Shown here piece by piece: positions 43,287 to 51,894 of a stretch of DNA of 64,000 nucleotides. The stretch is from an uncultured Acidobacteriota bacterium (GTDB taxonomy: Bacteria > Acidobacteriota > Thermoanaerobaculia > Multivoradales > SZUA-115): assembly GCA_963805975.1 (NCBI GenBank), contig CAWDVR010000004.1, forward strand, positions 416,001 to 480,000, written 5' to 3'. The position numbers were made by a program, and so were the translations under genes. Position 1 is the stretch's first letter, and each line of letters opens with the position of its first letter. Under the pieces are notes generated by a model that made no database searches, had not been told where the DNA came from, and was given only the letters and a program-made list of their open reading frames with translations.

Positions 43287-43505
43287 TCAGACCCGCGGCG
43301 GCGGGCCCGGGTCCGGCCAGGACTGCGAGCCCGGGCTGGGCTCGCTCATGATCCCGTCGTCGTTCTTGTCCGGCGGCGGCACGGCGACCGAGCTCGTGCG
43401 CCGCCCGAAGAGGCGGGCCAGGAACTGGAAGAGGCGATGCAGCAGGTTCGGACGAGCGGCGGAGTCGCGGGCCCCGGATGGACGCGGCCCAGAGAGAGTC
43501 GCCAT
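43287..43505 (-). CDS. 72-aa small protein downstream of the CHAT protease
   Basis: Strong RBS GAGGAAGGAG; amphipathic LLHRLFQFLARLFGRR; Pro/Asp-rich tail; followed by a terminator. Confidence 0.6.
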   Translation of the reverse strand: MATLSGPRPSGARDSAARPNLLHRLFQFLARLFGRRTSSVAVPPPDKNDDGIMSEPSPGSQSWPDPGPPPRV

Positions 43506-43565
43506 ATCTGCTCCTTCCTCGGGAGAGGTCTCCCGGTCCAGGCTTGAAGAGTGTGTTGCTCTACC

Positions 43566-46500
43566 CTACCGCCAATCGCCCTGGAGCACGAAGCCGGCCC
43601 AGTAGGAAGGCGAGCCCCAGGCCGGCACCTGCCGCAGCTCGGCCTGGGCCTGGCGGAGCGCCGCCGCGGCCGGCTTTCCCTCGGTGAGCAGCGCGCGGTA
43701 GAAGCCCTCCATCAGCTCGGCGGTCGCCCGGTCGTCCACGCGCCACAGGCTCACCAGCACGCGCTCGGCGCCGGCGGCCATGAAGCTCCGCGTCAGGCCC
43801 ACCAACCCCTCGCCGCGGACCTCCTTGCCCAGCGCGGTCTGGCAGGCGGAGAGCACCACCAGGTCGGCGTTGAGGCGCAGGCCGGCGATCTCGGGCGGCC
43901 CCAGGAAGCCGGGGCGCGGGCGGCCCTCGCGGTCGACCTGGGAGAGCACCAGCCCGGTGCGCTCCGGGTGCTCGCCGTCGAGCACGCCGTGGGTTGCGAA
44001 GTGGAGCAGGCGGTAGCGGCCGAGGGCACCGGAGAGGGCCGTATCGAGGTTGGCTTCCGGCCCCAGGGCGACGAGCGCCTGCCCGCGCGGCACCAGGGCG
44101 AGGACCGCGGCGGCCTCCTGGCGCGAGAAGGCGAGGCGCGGGAGATCGGGACCGAAGACCGGGTCGGCGAACATCGCGAGCGCGGCCGGTGCCGGCGGCC
44201 GAAGGCCGAGCTCGCGCCGCAGCAGCGCCAGCGACGAGGCGGAGGGCAGGGTGACGATCTCGTGCGCGGCGAGGAGCGGCGCCGTGCCGCCCGGCTCGGG
44301 CAGGGCGGCGAAGGGCAGGTAGTGGAGGGCGCCGTCCGGCACCACCAGCAGTCGTTTGCCCCCGGCGTGGCGACCTGCCAGAAGCTGCGCCGCCGGCGCG
44401 AGCAGCAGGCGGCTGAGCTCCGCCGTCGCCAGCTCGGCCCCGGCCCTGGCGGCGCGCCGGTGGCTGGCGGCGAGGAGGGTGTGCGCCTCGCGGGCCAGCG
44501 CCTCGATCTCGGCCCGGCCCGGCAGCTCGAAGCTCCGCACGATGGTGGGAGTCACCGCCCAGAGGAAGCTCCGTTCGGCGCCCAGGGCATACTCGAGAAG
44601 CAGAGTGTCGTCGTCGAGCACCTCGCTCTGCAGCTCCTCGACCGAGAGTGGTCGCGGCGTGGCGAGGGCGGCGTAGCCGGGGTGCGCGAGGCGGGTTTGC
44701 ACCTCCGTGCGCCGCCGGCCCGCGGGCGCGCCGCCGCCCGTCTCGGCCAGGGTGTCGAGCAGGCTCCGAGCGCGGGCCCGTTCCGCCACGGCCAGTGCGG
44801 CGCGGTCGTGGCCCCGGCCGGGACGCCGGCGGTCGAGGTCCATCAGCAGGCCGATCAGCTCTTCGTAATAGCTCTGCCGCGAGGCCTGGTAGGACATGCG
44901 AAGGCCGGCGCTCAGAGGCTCCTCGCGCTGGGCCTCGATCCCCTGCACGGCAAGCTCGAGGCTCTCCCTCGCGCCGTCGAGATCTCCCGACCGCGCGAGC
45001 GCCCGGCCCAGCCCCAGGCGGGCGCTCGACTCGGAGCCCCGCTCGCCGGTGGCAGCGGCGAGCGGCAGGGCGAGGCGGAAAAGGCGCGCCGCCTCGGCAG
45101 GTTCGCCGCGGGCGTCCGCCAGCCAGCCGAGGTTGACGAGCACCGTGCCCTCGGCGCGGCGATCTCCCAGCTCACTCGCGAGCGCCAGCGCCTGGCGGTA
45201 GCAGAGGCCGGCCTCCTCGAGGTGGCCCAGGCGCCGATGGGCGAAGCCCAGGTAGGCGAGCATCACCCCCTCTTCGCGCCGGTCGCCCGCCTGACGCTGG
45301 AGAGTGAGCGCCTCTTCGAGATCGGCCACGGCGCCGGGGTCGCCGAGCGCGGTGCGCGCCGCGCCCACCCGGCTCAAGACCACGGCCAGAGGCCCGCGCT
45401 CTCCTCTCTCGCGCAGCCCCGGGAGGGCCTGGAGGAAGAGCTCGAGGGCGGCCCCGGGCTCGCCGAACGAGAAGTAGACCCAGCCCTGGCTCGAGAGCGT
45501 CAGGCCCTCCTCCCGCCGGGCCCCGAGCTCGCGCCAGAGGGCCAGCGCCTGCTCGAAGCAGGCGAGCGCCTCCTCGGCCTCGCCGAGCGAGGTGAAGGCG
45601 TCGCCGAGGTCCACGAGCGTGGCGGCCTCGCTCCAGCGCTCGGCCGTGGCGCGGTGAAGGGAGAGCGCCCGGGCGTAGCTCGCGATCGCCTCGTGCGTCG
45701 CTCCGCGCCGTTGGGCGATCCCGCCCAGGCTGTGGAGAGTGTTTCCGGCGCGACGGTCCTCGCCCGCGGCCTCGAATCGCGCCAGCGCGCGGCGGAGCGA
45801 CCCGGCCGCCGGTTCGAGCGTGCCCGCCGCCGCGTGGCTCAGGGCGCGGTAGAAATCCACGTCGCCGCGCCGCGTGCTCTCGCCCAGCTCCGTCAGCCGC
45901 TCGTCCGCCTGGGTGTAGAGCGACAGCGCGTGGGAGAGCCCCGCTCCGCCCTGGCGCCGCGCCTTCTCAGCCGCCGCCAGCACGTCCTCGGCGGCGGAGC
46001 GACGGCGATCGTCCTCCGTCGCCGGGCGCAGAGCCGCGAGCTCCAGTCGGTAGCGGCCGGCCGGCGCTCCCGGGGTCGGCGAGCGGATCTCGATGCGATA
46101 GGCGCCTGAGACCTCCGCAGCCAGCGGCAGCGGCTCGCGGCCGGTGTTGCCGTTCGGGCTGTCGACGACCCGCCGCCGCTCCCCGTTCGGCCCGAAGAGC
46201 GCCACCTCCACGTCGATCCCCTGCTGCTCCACCGCCAGGTCCGCCATCTCGCCGGCCGCGAGGTCCAGCCGGTAAGAATGAGCCTCGCCCCCGGCGAGCC
46301 CGGCCTCGACCAGCGTGCCGGTCTGCCGCGGGAGGGCGGTCGCCTGGTTCTCTGTGCTTTCGGGTATCGGGGGAGCCGGAGAGCAGCCGACAACGACAGT
46401 CAGCCAGAAGGCAGTACCGAACCTCGCGAGGAAAGCTGGATTCGCACTCGCCTTCCAAGGTGCTCTCCGCGGGGGCGCTGCGGGCGCGAGGGCAGCTCTC

Positions 46501-46613
46501 CTGCGAGGAGCGCAGGCCACCCGGCAGGGAGCTCGAGCACCGCAGCGGGAGAGTGCCCTCGCCCAAGCCCGCAGCAGGATGGGTCCGCTCCGGCGACGCT
46601 GCTGCAACTTCAA
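43566..46613 (-). CDS. CHAT-domain (caspase-like) protease with PPC-like N-terminal domain and TPRs
   Basis: Lipobox-like VVVGC; VEQQGIDVEVALFGP; TPRs; VPDGALHYLPFAAL, HFATHG, VVLSACQT, SLWRVDD, YWAGF. Start uncertain; TTG overlapping the anti-sigma stop chosen. Confidence 0.88.
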   Translation of the reverse strand: MKLQQRRRSGPILLRAWARALSRCGARAPCRVACAPRRRAALAPAAPPRRAPWKASANPAFLARFGTAFWLTVVVGCSPAPPIPESTENQATALPRQTGTLVEAGLAGGEAHSYRLDLAAGEMADLAVEQQGIDVEVALFGPNGERRRVVDSPNGNTGREPLPLAAEVSGAYRIEIRSPTPGAPAGRYRLELAALRPATEDDRRRSAAEDVLAAAEKARRQGGAGLSHALSLYTQADERLTELGESTRRGDVDFYRALSHAAAGTLEPAAGSLRRALARFEAAGEDRRAGNTLHSLGGIAQRRGATHEAIASYARALSLHRATAERWSEAATLVDLGDAFTSLGEAEEALACFEQALALWRELGARREEGLTLSSQGWVYFSFGEPGAALELFLQALPGLRERGERGPLAVVLSRVGAARTALGDPGAVADLEEALTLQRQAGDRREEGVMLAYLGFAHRRLGHLEEAGLCYRQALALASELGDRRAEGTVLVNLGWLADARGEPAEAARLFRLALPLAAATGERGSESSARLGLGRALARSGDLDGARESLELAVQGIEAQREEPLSAGLRMSYQASRQSYYEELIGLLMDLDRRRPGRGHDRAALAVAERARARSLLDTLAETGGGAPAGRRRTEVQTRLAHPGYAALATPRPLSVEELQSEVLDDDTLLLEYALGAERSFLWAVTPTIVRSFELPGRAEIEALAREAHTLLAASHRRAARAGAELATAELSRLLLAPAAQLLAGRHAGGKRLLVVPDGALHYLPFAALPEPGGTAPLLAAHEIVTLPSASSLALLRRELGLRPPAPAALAMFADPVFGPDLPRLAFSRQEAAAVLALVPRGQALVALGPEANLDTALSGALGRYRLLHFATHGVLDGEHPERTGLVLSQVDREGRPRPGFLGPPEIAGLRLNADLVVLSACQTALGKEVRGEGLVGLTRSFMAAGAERVLVSLWRVDDRATAELMEGFYRALLTEGKPAAAALRQAQAELRQVPAWGSPSYWAGFVLQGDWR
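46477..46575. repeat. Degenerate palindrome in the 5' region of the CHAT gene
   Basis: GCTGCGGGC-GCGAGGGCAGCTCTCCTGCG ... CGCAGCGGGAGAGTGCCCTCGC-CCAAGCCCGCAGC, an imperfect inverted repeat. Confidence 0.5.
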
Positions 46614-47404
46614 CGCGCCGGCCCGGGCCGCGGGTCGTCCACGATCCTCAGCGGGTACTCCTCGACCAGCTTCTCCTCTCCCGCTGCGGTGGCCAGGAGC
46701 CGCACCCGCACCTCGCCGTTCCCGGCCAGGCTCCTCGGCAGGGTCAGCGTGAAGGAGCCGAACGCGTTCTTGCGCAGCCCCTCGCCCTGCCACGCGAGGC
46801 CGCCGTCCGCCCGCCGCACCTCCACCCGGTAGGTGGCGTCGTCCGGGCTGCCGGGTGCGTTCAAGACCAGCGAGAGCCACCGCACGGCGGGCGCCAGCGC
46901 CAGCTCCCCTCGCTCCTCGGGCTCGCTCCGTGCTGCGCTCTGCGGATAGAGATCGAAGATCGGCGCGTTGACCTGCGGCCGGGAGAGGTCCGCAACCGTT
47001 CGCCGGAGCGACCCCACCCAGACCGAGAGCCCGAGCACCGCCGCTGCGAGCGACGCCGCCAGCGCGAGCGGCCAGCGCGGCGCCGGGGCTGCGCGGCGGC
47101 CGGCGACCGGCACGACTCGGCCTTCCGATCGAAGCTTCGGGGAGAGCGATTGCCAGGCGCCGTCGATCTCCGCCTGCTCCGCGGCCGACTCCGCCGGGCG
47201 CGGCGCGAAGCTCGCGGCTTCCTCGGCCAGCATCATGCAGTCCGGGCAGAGCGCCAGGTGCGCGCGCAGCAGATCGGCGTCCTCGCCGCCGAGCCGACCC
47301 GCCGCGAACCCGGCCAGCACCGCGGGCTCAGGGTGCGGCCCTCGCTGCGCCTCCTCGGCGAGCGTGCGGATCACCATCTCGACCTCCTTGCCGGCCTCGC
47401 TCAC
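46610..47404 (-). CDS. Zinc-finger (zf-HC2) anti-sigma factor with TM and extracytoplasmic beta domain
   Basis: HPEP..HLALCPDC; TM LALAASLAAAVLGLSVWV; coupled to the ECF sigma. Confidence 0.82.
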   Translation of the reverse strand: MSEAGKEVEMVIRTLAEEAQRGPHPEPAVLAGFAAGRLGGEDADLLRAHLALCPDCMMLAEEAASFAPRPAESAAEQAEIDGAWQSLSPKLRSEGRVVPVAGRRAAPAPRWPLALAASLAAAVLGLSVWVGSLRRTVADLSRPQVNAPIFDLYPQSAARSEPEERGELALAPAVRWLSLVLNAPGSPDDATYRVEVRRADGGLAWQGEGLRKNAFGSFTLTLPRSLAGNGEVRVRLLATAAGEEKLVEEYPLRIVDDPRPGPAR

Positions 47405-48039
47405 GCCTCCTCCTCACGGACATCGGGCAGGAAGTACTCGCCCAGCTCGTTCCGCAGGCGCTGGCGGGCCTGGAACAGGTGCGCCTTCACGGTGTCGATC
47501 GAGAGCCTGAGCCGGCCCGCCACCTCACGGTACTTGAGGTCGTGGTAGACGCGCAGCACCAGGCACGCCCGCATCTGCGGCGGCAGGCCCTCGACCGCCT
47601 GGCGCAGCAGGCGGGCGCGCTCCCGCGTCAGGCTGTCACCCTCGGGCGCTGCCGTCACCGCCGGCAGCTCGGCGGCCGGTCCGCCTTCCTCCTCGACGCC
47701 GCCGTCGAGCGGCACTTCCCGGCCGCGCCGCGAGCCCGCCTCCCGATGGCGCAGGCGCTTGCGGTAGACGTTGGCCGCCACGGCGAACAGCCAGGCGTCG
47801 AAAGGCGCATCGCGCCGGAACGACCCCATACCCCGGAAGATCCCGAGGAACGTCTCTTGGGTTAGATCCTGGCAGTCGGCAGGCGGGAAGCCGCGGCGCG
47901 CGAAGAAGTCGCGTACCGGGCGGTAGTAGAGGCCGAAGAGCCGTTCGTAGACCTCCTCGGCCGGCCGCCCGGCCGCTAGCGCGTCCAGCAGAGAGTCGAC
48001 CAGCGCGTCGTCGTCGCGCGTCGCGGTTCGGGTGGTCAC
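47401..48039 (-). CDS. ECF sigma factor
   Basis: DCQDLTQETFL, FDAWLFAVAAN, LPPQMRACLVLR, SIDTVKAHLFQAR; start uncertain. Confidence 0.88.
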   Translation of the reverse strand: MTTRTATRDDDALVDSLLDALAAGRPAEEVYERLFGLYYRPVRDFFARRGFPPADCQDLTQETFLGIFRGMGSFRRDAPFDAWLFAVAANVYRKRLRHREAGSRRGREVPLDGGVEEEGGPAAELPAVTAAPEGDSLTRERARLLRQAVEGLPPQMRACLVLRVYHDLKYREVAGRLRLSIDTVKAHLFQARQRLRNELGEYFLPDVREEEA

Positions 48040-48090
48040 GAGAGGGAGTACCGGCGGAGAGTGTACCCCGTCGACCCGGTGGCAATGGAA

Positions 48091-48207
48091 CCGGATGGAT
48101 TCCCGCTTTCGCGGGAATGACAGAGCTTCGTCTCGCAGCGCCACGTGCTACCACGTGCCAGCCGCTGCCAGCCTCCGTCGTTCCCGCGGAAGCGGGAATC
48201 CATCCGG
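48091..48207. repeat. Pair of inverted REP/RPE-like units
   Basis: CCGGATGGATTCCCGCTTTCGCGGGAATGAC ... GTCGTTCCCGCGGAAGCGGGAATCCATCCGG; 31-bp arms with 2 mismatches, each arm itself a hairpin. Confidence 0.8.
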
Positions 48208-48228
48208 CTACAGACGGTGAGGACGAGC

Positions 48229-49140
48229 CTACCCCTGCGCTGCCAGAAGCTGCGGCAACAGGCTCCCACCCCCGCCCGCGGGCACCAGCGTGACCCTGCT
48301 CTTGCTCTCGAGCAGCCGCTCCATCTCCAGCACCTCGAACATCACCGCCAGCACCTCCGGATCGCGGGCGATCAGCTCGAGCGCCGCGCCCACGATCCGC
48401 GGCCGCAGGGCCGCGGCCTTGGCAAACTCCACCGCCGCCTTGCGCTCGGCCGTCGAGCTGATGACGTGCACCTGGTTGGCGCCGTCCTGGAGGATCGCCG
48501 AGGTGACCTGCCGCAGCCGGTTGACCACCTTCTCCTCGATCCCCTTGATCATCGCCGCATCGCGGAAATGGACTTTGCGGATGTAGACCGAGCCCAGCCG
48601 GTAGCCCCACTCGTGAGACTTGGGCGAGACCTCGGACCGCACCGTGCGGCTCATGGTGTGCCGGTTCTCGAGCATCGACGCGAGGTCGAGGTTCGACAGG
48701 CACCGCACCGTGGCGTTGCTGACGTTGGCGGCGAGCGAGCCGCGCGGGTCGGCGTTCTTGAACAGGTAGGACACCGGGTCCGAGATGTACATCTCGTACC
48801 AGATGCCGATGCCCATCGGTGCGCCTTCCTCGGAGTTCACCGGCTGGCTGCGCAGGTACTCCTGATCGAGCCGCATGTCGAGCACCTGGCAGCGGCCGAG
48901 CCAGCCGACCAGCAGGCCCTTCAACCCGAGCTCGAACCACAGGAAGTGGATGCCGGGCTCGTCCAGCACGCCGATCACCTTGCCGAACAGCACGTACACG
49001 CGGCAGGTGCGCTCCTGGACGATCGTATAGAGACCCAGCATCCGCACGACGCCGAGCAGGATGGGCACCACCACCCAGGCGGCGAAGAACGTCACCACGG
49101 CGGTGAGCACGAGGATCGGGAGGCCGAGGAGAGGGTTCAC
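48229..49140 (-). CDS. SPFH/band-7 domain membrane protein
   Basis: N-terminal TM; YTIVQER..VLFGKVIGVLDEPGIHF; coiled C-terminus; GTGA overlap with upstream gene. Confidence 0.75.
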   Translation of the reverse strand: MNPLLGLPILVLTAVVTFFAAWVVVPILLGVVRMLGLYTIVQERTCRVYVLFGKVIGVLDEPGIHFLWFELGLKGLLVGWLGRCQVLDMRLDQEYLRSQPVNSEEGAPMGIGIWYEMYISDPVSYLFKNADPRGSLAANVSNATVRCLSNLDLASMLENRHTMSRTVRSEVSPKSHEWGYRLGSVYIRKVHFRDAAMIKGIEEKVVNRLRQVTSAILQDGANQVHVISSTAERKAAVEFAKAAALRPRIVGAALELIARDPEVLAVMFEVLEMERLLESKSRVTLVPAGGGGSLLPQLLAAQG

Positions 49141-50129
49141 GAGCGCACCTCCAGGATCGCCTGCTCGGCGCGGTGGAAGAGCCCCAGGCGGACGTTGCGC
49201 AGATAGGCGGCGAGGGCGCCGGCGCCGCTCGATTTGAGGGTCGCCAACTGCCGCGAGAGGGCGACCAGGGGCTCGGCCTCCGCCTCGCCCTTCAGGGTCT
49301 CGATCTCCACCGCGCGCCGCGACTCGACCAGCCGCTGGTCGGCGCTCGCCTGGGCGAGAGAGATGTCCGAGGAAACCTGGTTGTGCGCGGTGTTGATGGC
49401 GGCGAGCGCCGATTCGACCTCCTGCGGCGGGTCGATGCCGGTGATGAGGGTGGCGTCGAGCAGGATGCCGTAGCGCAGGGCCGAGCTCCTGCACTCGTTC
49501 TGCATATGGTCGTTCAGGTCGCGCAGGTTCTTGCGCAGGTCGTTGATCGAGACCCCGGCCATGGTGGCCTCGAGCGCCGGTGCTCCCGGTGCAGGCGCTT
49601 CGCGCCGGTCGGGCGCCTCGAAATTGGCGATCCGCTCGCGCAGGATCGAGATGAAGAAGCCCATCACGTGGGCGATCGGGTTCTTGACGCCGAAGAGGTA
49701 AGGGTAGAGGTTGGACTCCGCCACCCGGTAGCGGATCTGGCCCGTGAGACCGGTGACGAGCTGGTCCTTGGTCACCGCGTCGAGCACCGTGCCGCCGCGG
49801 TTGGCTTTGGGCGCCTCCGGGTCGTAGGCCATGCTCAGGGTCTGGGTGGCGACTGTCACCTTGTAGACCTTCTCCCACGGCAGCTTGAAGTAGGGCCCAC
49901 CGGGCCCGATCACCCGGAGCTGCGGGAAGGCATAGCGCTCGAGCTCCTCTTCACTCATGCCGGAGGCCGCGGCGTCGATCGCCGGGGCGCCGTCGTCCAG
50001 CCGTTGGGCGCGGCCGAAGACCGTCTTCACCGCCCTCTCGTTCTGATCCACCGTGTAGAAGCCGCCAACTACGTACCGCACCACGAACCAGGCCAGGAGG
50101 CCGGCCGTGACGCCGAGCAGGATGGGCAT
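49137..50129 (-). CDS. SPFH/band-7 domain membrane protein
   Basis: TM, GFYTVDQNERAVKTVFG, PGGPYFKLPW, TKDQL, ITGIDPPQEVESAL. Confidence 0.8.
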   Translation of the reverse strand: MPILLGVTAGLLAWFVVRYVVGGFYTVDQNERAVKTVFGRAQRLDDGAPAIDAAASGMSEEELERYAFPQLRVIGPGGPYFKLPWEKVYKVTVATQTLSMAYDPEAPKANRGGTVLDAVTKDQLVTGLTGQIRYRVAESNLYPYLFGVKNPIAHVMGFFISILRERIANFEAPDRREAPAPGAPALEATMAGVSINDLRKNLRDLNDHMQNECRSSALRYGILLDATLITGIDPPQEVESALAAINTAHNQVSSDISLAQASADQRLVESRRAVEIETLKGEAEAEPLVALSRQLATLKSSGAGALAAYLRNVRLGLFHRAEQAILEVRS

Positions 50130-50212
50130 GGGAATCTCCTTTGCTGTTGCCAGACAGATCTAAGCGGTGCCGCCCCGGCCTATTCCGCCGCGCGCCAACG
50201 ACCCCACTGCGG

Positions 50213-50241
50213 TTGACCGGGCTGGGGCCCTTTGTTACGCT
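50213..50241 (+). promoter_or_regulatory. Sigma-70 promoter of tRNA-Val(GAC)
   Basis: TTGACC-N17-TACGCT with an extended TG. Confidence 0.5.
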
Positions 50242-50279
50242 CGCCAACCTTCAGCGCCTGCCCCAAGCCGGCGCACCCT

Positions 50280-50356
50280 AGGCCCGTAGCTCAGTTGGTT
50301 AGAGCGCTACGTTGACATCGTAGAGGTCAGCGGTTCAAGTCCGCTCGGGCCTACCA
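50280..50356 (+). tRNA. tRNA-Val (GAC)
   Basis: Acceptor AGGCCCG/CGGGCCT-ACCA; D-arm TAGCTCAGTTGGTTAGAGC; anticodon arm CTACG-TTGACAT-CGTAG; T-loop GGTTCAAGTCC. Confidence 0.95.
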
Positions 50357-50540
50357 TTCCGGCTTCGGCGTTCGTCGAGTCCTGTAAACCGTTGAAAAGT
50401 AAGCAGGTTGGGGCGGTTCGCAGAAGTACGAACTGCAGGGGCTGCTTCGCCTCGAAGCTTGCGTCCCTCCACAAGGCGCCAGCGTTCGCAGCGACGTAGT
50501 CGGCGAAGGCCAAGAGGTCGTCCAGGTCGGGCGCCGCCGA
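50357..50540 (-). pseudogene. C-terminal remnant of a large serine recombinase reading into the tRNA 3' end
   Basis: DLDDLLAFADYVAANAGALWRDASFEAKQPLQ..RTAPTCLLFNGL..MVGPSGLEP resembles tails of tRNA-targeting serine integrases (from memory). Confidence 0.55.
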
Positions 50541-50711
50541 GCGCCGCCCCTGCGCAGGGACGCCTGTGCGAAGCACAGTGAAGCAGCGCCGGAATGGTAC
50601 GGCTTTTGCGGCAGCACATTGACGCGAACGTATGGGCCGAGCCAATGCCCTTCGACTGCGAGCGCATCGTTTGCTCCGGCTTCGGGTGGCTCATAACGAT
50701 GGAGAACTGAC

Positions 50712-51197
50712 ATGGTGAAGCCAGCAAAGAACACGATTTGCCTTTGGTACGATGGCGACGCCGAGGACGCGGCGCGATTTTACGCTAAGACCTTTCCCGA
50801 TTCATCCGTCGGTGCGACGCACAGCGCCCCGGGAGACTTTCCGTCCGGGAAGAAAGGGGATGTGTTGACGGTGGAGTTCGCCGTGATGGGCATTCCCTGC
50901 CTCGGGCTCAATGGCGGACCCGAGTTCAAGCACAACGAAGCGTTCTCGTTTCAGGTCGCAACCGCTGACCAAGCCGAAACGGATCGTTACTGGAACGCCA
51001 TCGTCGGCAACGGCGGCGAAGAAAGTGCGTGCGGCTGGTGCAAGGACAAATGGGGCCTGTCCTGGCAGATCACGCCGCTGGCTCTGACGCAAGCGATAAT
51101 CGATCCCGATCCCGCTGCCGCCAAGCGCGCGTTCGATGCGATGATGCAGATGAAAAAGATCGACATCGCTGCAATCGAGGCGGCGCGCCGCGGTTGA
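50712..51197 (+). CDS. PhnB/3-demethylubiquinone-methyltransferase-like VOC protein
   Basis: CLWYDGDAEDAARFY, LNGGPEFKHNEAFSF, CGWCKDKWGLSWQI; lower GC than its flanks. Confidence 0.9.
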   Translation: MVKPAKNTICLWYDGDAEDAARFYAKTFPDSSVGATHSAPGDFPSGKKGDVLTVEFAVMGIPCLGLNGGPEFKHNEAFSFQVATADQAETDRYWNAIVGNGGEESACGWCKDKWGLSWQITPLALTQAIIDPDPAAAKRAFDAMMQMKKIDIAAIEAARRG

Positions 51198-51292
51198 GGT
51201 TGCATCTTCGAAGCGTGCATCTCGGAAGCGCAAGGGAGCATGACGGGTGGCCCCGAACCCGCTCGCCCTCTCTCGAGAGGAGGGATAACTAG

Positions 51293-51577
51293 CTAGCCGT
51301 TCCCTTTCAGGGGCCTACTCCTGACGACATCTTCTTCGGCATCGTTCGCAGGGGCGGTGCGCAGATCCTGCTCAAGGACGTTGGCGTAGCTCCACTGTCG
51401 AACTACAAGCGAGACGTCAAAAAAGGTATCGCCCGCTGGGACGCATTCGTTGACGTCCCGGATCCTGACGCACTGGCGGCCGAATTTGCGCTGTGCAACG
51501 TCGAGTTTTCCGAGCCACTGAAGGACACTGATGACGGTTTGCGTGGTTTCGCGGGCGGCAGAGCGCGCCGCCGCTGA
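51293..51577 (+). pseudogene. Internal fragment of a VOC/glyoxalase gene
   Basis: FFGIVRRGGAQILLK..ARWDAFVDVPDPDALAAEF..PLKDTDDGLRGF; lacks both ends. Confidence 0.6.
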
Positions 51578-51638
51578 ACCGGGACGTTCGGCGGGAAGGC
51601 CCGAGCCGAGGAGGGCCCAACGGGATGGCGGGACGACA

Positions 51639-51700
51639 ATGATCCGGTGCTGCTGACCGGGACGTCCGGGACGGGGAAGTCCCCCGTCGTCGCCTCGAAC
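51639..51700 (+). pseudogene. N-terminal remnant of a P-loop kinase
   Basis: VLLTGTSGTGKS Walker A with no continuation. Confidence 0.4.
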
Positions 51701-51894
51701 TCCGAATTCGGGGCTCAACCGCCATCGACATGGACGAGCCGGCCACCTGGCCGGCCGCAGGAAAGTCATTCTGTGAGACGGAAGTTGTGGTATTCTCCGT
51801 CTAGTCGTAACAGTATATCTAAATATGAAGTAAGTATGATCATCATGAGTGAACCCCGGCCGCTCGGCAGGCCGTTCCCCGAGGACGCTGGAGC

